A DNA stretch of 49,680 nt, counting the filler, from Catajapyx aquilonaris (lineage: Eukaryota), in assembly GCA_000934665.2 (NCBI GenBank). It is 2 parts of 2 records of this genome, joined end to end, with 100 filler letters (N's around TTAATTAATTAA, not from the genome) between each part and the next. Parts side by side here need not be neighbours in the genome. Positions count along the whole stretch, not along the records: positions 24,898 to 49,680 come from JYFJ02005458.1; 1 more part is not named here. The stretch is one strand, 5' to 3'. Below, one piece after another: positions 46,226 to 49,680 of this stretch. The translations under genes were made by a program, and so were the position numbers. The notes under the pieces are model-generated. The model saw nothing but the letters and a program-made list of their open reading frames with translations, had not been told where the DNA came from and ran no database searches. Numbering within the stretch: the stretch's first letter is position 1; each line of letters starts with the position of its first letter.

Positions 46226-49200
46226 TGATGGGGAGTGAAAGCAAATTATAGGAATTATTGAAAGGACGCTTTTTTTCACACACTATGCTTAGGTCGTGTC
46301 AAATGTCTGGTGTTACACAGTTGATTTTTTAGCTGAAGGATTGGTGTAACAGTAACATTACTCTATTATCGGAGTTCAGGTAATAACAATTATAACAGAG
46401 AACTACTAGCAACAAATATGAGGATCAATTGGGGCAAATGTTCCTCAAGTCGCAGCTGCTTCACATGAAATTTGGGTGTAGCATAAGGGTGCAATGTGAA
46501 CTATTGTAAATACCAGTATACATAATTTTCTTGCATACAGCCTGGCCTTAGTGCCTTTTTCCATAGACTGTTTTGAATTGTACATTGAAATAGAATGTAG
46601 AGACAAAATTTTAATCCTCACAAGGCTCAGAATTACCTAGTTCTCCACTGGGGAGGTTTTATGGACTACATATGGTCACTTTTATTGTTATACCAATCCT
46701 GAATTATTTCACTTTCATCGTGGTATTAAATGCCACTGCTGAGAGAAACTAAAAAGTGTTTTTAAAAGATGTACATAATTAACAATATGTTATAAGCTAT
46801 GGCAGGCCCAAGCTCGAGTGGATCCGTCTACAACCAGGGGCAATCAAATAGCATTTATGTGATTATTAAATATCTAATGTAGGCAAAGCCACAATTATTT
46901 ATTATTCATTCTTGCCACATAAGTGTCTGGCAAATAATAAATTGCTGGCCAAGGTTACAAGGTTTTTTGATGGCATTTTTTGCTGGACTCTTGCCTACTC
47001 GGTGAGTCATGCACTGCTCCCAACATGTAGGTATGACTCACTGCTGCCAAACGGAAGTGAATTGCCAGGTGGTGTCCCTGATATGCTTATAGATCCATAA
47101 TTGTGATGCTTTGAGCATGGTCAGAAAATATATACTGTATATTGTGTTTCACTCTAAACTACCAACACTGACTGGGGTATTTGACACGACCCATGCGCAA
47201 CCAAAAAATGCTAATGTATTGGGTGAGACATCCACTTTTGCCCATTTCATGTGCAATATGCTGTGCATAGTGGATGCCTTGTGGGCAATGTGATAACGCA
47301 GGAACACTGCTGACCTCGCCTTTTAAATGGCTGCTTGAATTGAAATTTTTATCACAATATAATTGGCCGCACCAACTAAGCTGAAAAGTGATCCTTTTCT
47401 CAAAGGAGAGTTGTTGCATGCTGGACTAATATTAGTCACTTTGACCTTTTGGATTAACAAAAATCCAAGTTGTGTATTCTGTGACCTTTGTACATATTTG
47501 TGTGGCTTCCTGTTCCTGTGTAGTTTTCTTGGAAATTGTCACCAACTGTGATTGGTGCCAGTGTGAGGATGACATTATTGGGCGAACTATTGTCACTTTT
47601 GAATAGCTAAAATAAGGCAGCATATTTCACACTGAGAACGCAGGGCAGTTGAATAAAGACAAATGGTGCTTGTTGTAATTGCAATCCCGTACCACTTTCT
47701 CATCAGGTGTGGGAGTTGAAATACCATGTGTTTCAGAATATAGCTCACATCTCAACAGATTATTGCAGACATTAATTGCTATTTTCTCCGTAACCTCACC
47801 TGCAAGTGTAGCAGTGAGTTCAGTACATGTGCTGTTAAATGGAATACTGTAGGTAAACTATATGGCAAATGTGGGCTGAGGTGACTGAAGAATGAGATAA
47901 TCATATGTAGGATGTGAGCTAAATTATGCAATGCGCGATATATGCCCGCAGAATACCCTTTCCTTGGTTGACAGGCCTTGTTTTATATGTATTATGAAAA
48001 ACACCAAATGACAGTCATAAAGTATTTGAAGCTGACTAATAATGTTTTACTACCCTAGCAAAATATCATACACTGTACTCCTGATTTATCCGGGTGATGA
48101 TTATCCATGCATCGCCAAAACAAAGGAAAATAAATAACAGTCCAAAAAATGTCAATATGGGTTGCAAACAAAGAAATAGAACATACATTTTCCAGAAGAC
48201 AAACTAAAAATATGTGGTAAGTTTCATTATTTTGATTATACCTTAAAGTGGCTAACAGTATGTAAGTACTGTAGATCATTTAAAACCTCTGAACAACTCA
48301 CTTCTATGGATCTAGAATCATTTTCAGATTATTTGTGTTTTCTGATTAGCTGGATAAAATCGGGAGTACAGTATATTAATAGTGTCAGCATTTATGAACA
48401 CTGCTCTAAATATCTTAATTCTTATGGCGCAACTAGTCTAATTCATATGTATGTAGAAATGGTTGGAACCACAGTTGGAATATTACAAGGAGAGGTGAAG
48501 ATGGCTGGAAAAGAATGCTAGAAAGATTTTCATACCACAGACAATATGCCTTGACAGGATCAATCTCATCTTGCATTTCAAAAACCTATATCTCCCAACT
48601 CAATGTATGATTGTAGTAACAAGACTCTTAGTGTGGCATGGCAACTACTGTTCATGCATGTAATGTAGTCAATGTCATTTCAATATTCTCTTGGACATTC
48701 ACATTTGCCCTAGTGTAAATAGTTGAACACCCTGTATGAGAAATTGTGCATGGCCAGCAGCCATCACCCATTAAACATCATTTTTGGGAATTTGGGAATC
48801 AATAGTACACTGGACAAATATTTAAATGAATTACATTTCAACTCAGCCCTATGCCTGAAATAATGTGATGGCACTGCACTAAGAGTTCAGAAAATCAATT
48901 TCTATGTGGATTCGCTCTCTATGTACTATTGACCGCAAAAGTAATGTCGCGACTGTTTATGTGCTTTTGTGTTTATGTGTTGGTAATCCTGGGCGCTGCC
49001 ACCGGACATGTTTATTTGGCGATGTTCCGGAATCCACAACACTCTGCTCACCGGTCACGGCCGCGGTCCCTTGGCCGCACAGTCCCGCAAGTGGCCGCAC
49101 GGTCTGGGTCGCTGTTTGAGAGCGCCGCTACTTATTCGTGGAACTTATTTCTACGAGTATAGTTTGGGTAATTCCATGTGAGATCATACAACTATGTTCA

Positions 49201-49680
49201 CCCGACATTTTTTTTTTAGAAAATCAAAATTTGGCACTTAGGATCGTATTTTGTCAAGGTCACAGGAACATATTTTTCAAACCAGATAACCGCTATAGGT
49301 CGCGAGAAATGAGCGAGGTAAAAAATGGGAACTTTTCCATTCTGATGTTTACAATAACCCGATAATAATAATTTCTCTAATAATTAGTATGCGTCCTACA
49401 TACATGCAAAAAATGGGGCTTAATATTCTACAAGGTAACGCCGAACTCGCAGATAACCTCCAACAAATTCTACGATTAAAATTACGTGTCATTTTGGCAG
49501 GTCATATCCCCGCTTCAGTGGTGCAAGTTTCATATTTGCCCTCGTATTAGGGTCCGAGATGTAAAAAAAAATACAGTATAAATAAGGTGGCCGGGTGCGC
49601 CTGGGTCATTCTATGACAAGGCGTCCAAGTTGGTGGCTCGGCCATCTCAGAATGTATTGTTGTAACCCCTATATATTATA

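Overview
Eukaryotic DNA, most likely arthropod (short GT-AG introns, a RabX1-type GTPase, tRNA-derived SINEs). A 100-bp artificial spacer (N44-TTAATTAATTAA-N44, 24798-24897) joins two segments that may not be neighbours in the genome. The left segment (1-24797) has no intact host gene I can recognise. It is a dense mosaic of decayed transposon fragments (Gypsy-type gag, protease and integrase; Tc1/mariner; LINE RT; CACTA/CMC-like; a Helitron with intact ends), SINEs, MITEs, a ~690-bp foldback and an intron-containing calpain pseudogene. Most recognisable remnants lie on the minus strand, which suggests a uni-strand piRNA-cluster-like locus. The right segment (24898-49680) is a compact housekeeping cluster: the 5' part of DDX27 (-), a complete RabX1-like gene (-), a 19-exon gene of ~1439 aa joining ZNF512-like zinc fingers and AT-hooks to a GTF3C2/TFIIIC110 WD40 domain (-), and a head-to-head dynein light intermediate chain gene (+). 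Its introns hold nested non-autonomous transposons. All family calls come from manual translation and remembered motifs; no searches were run.
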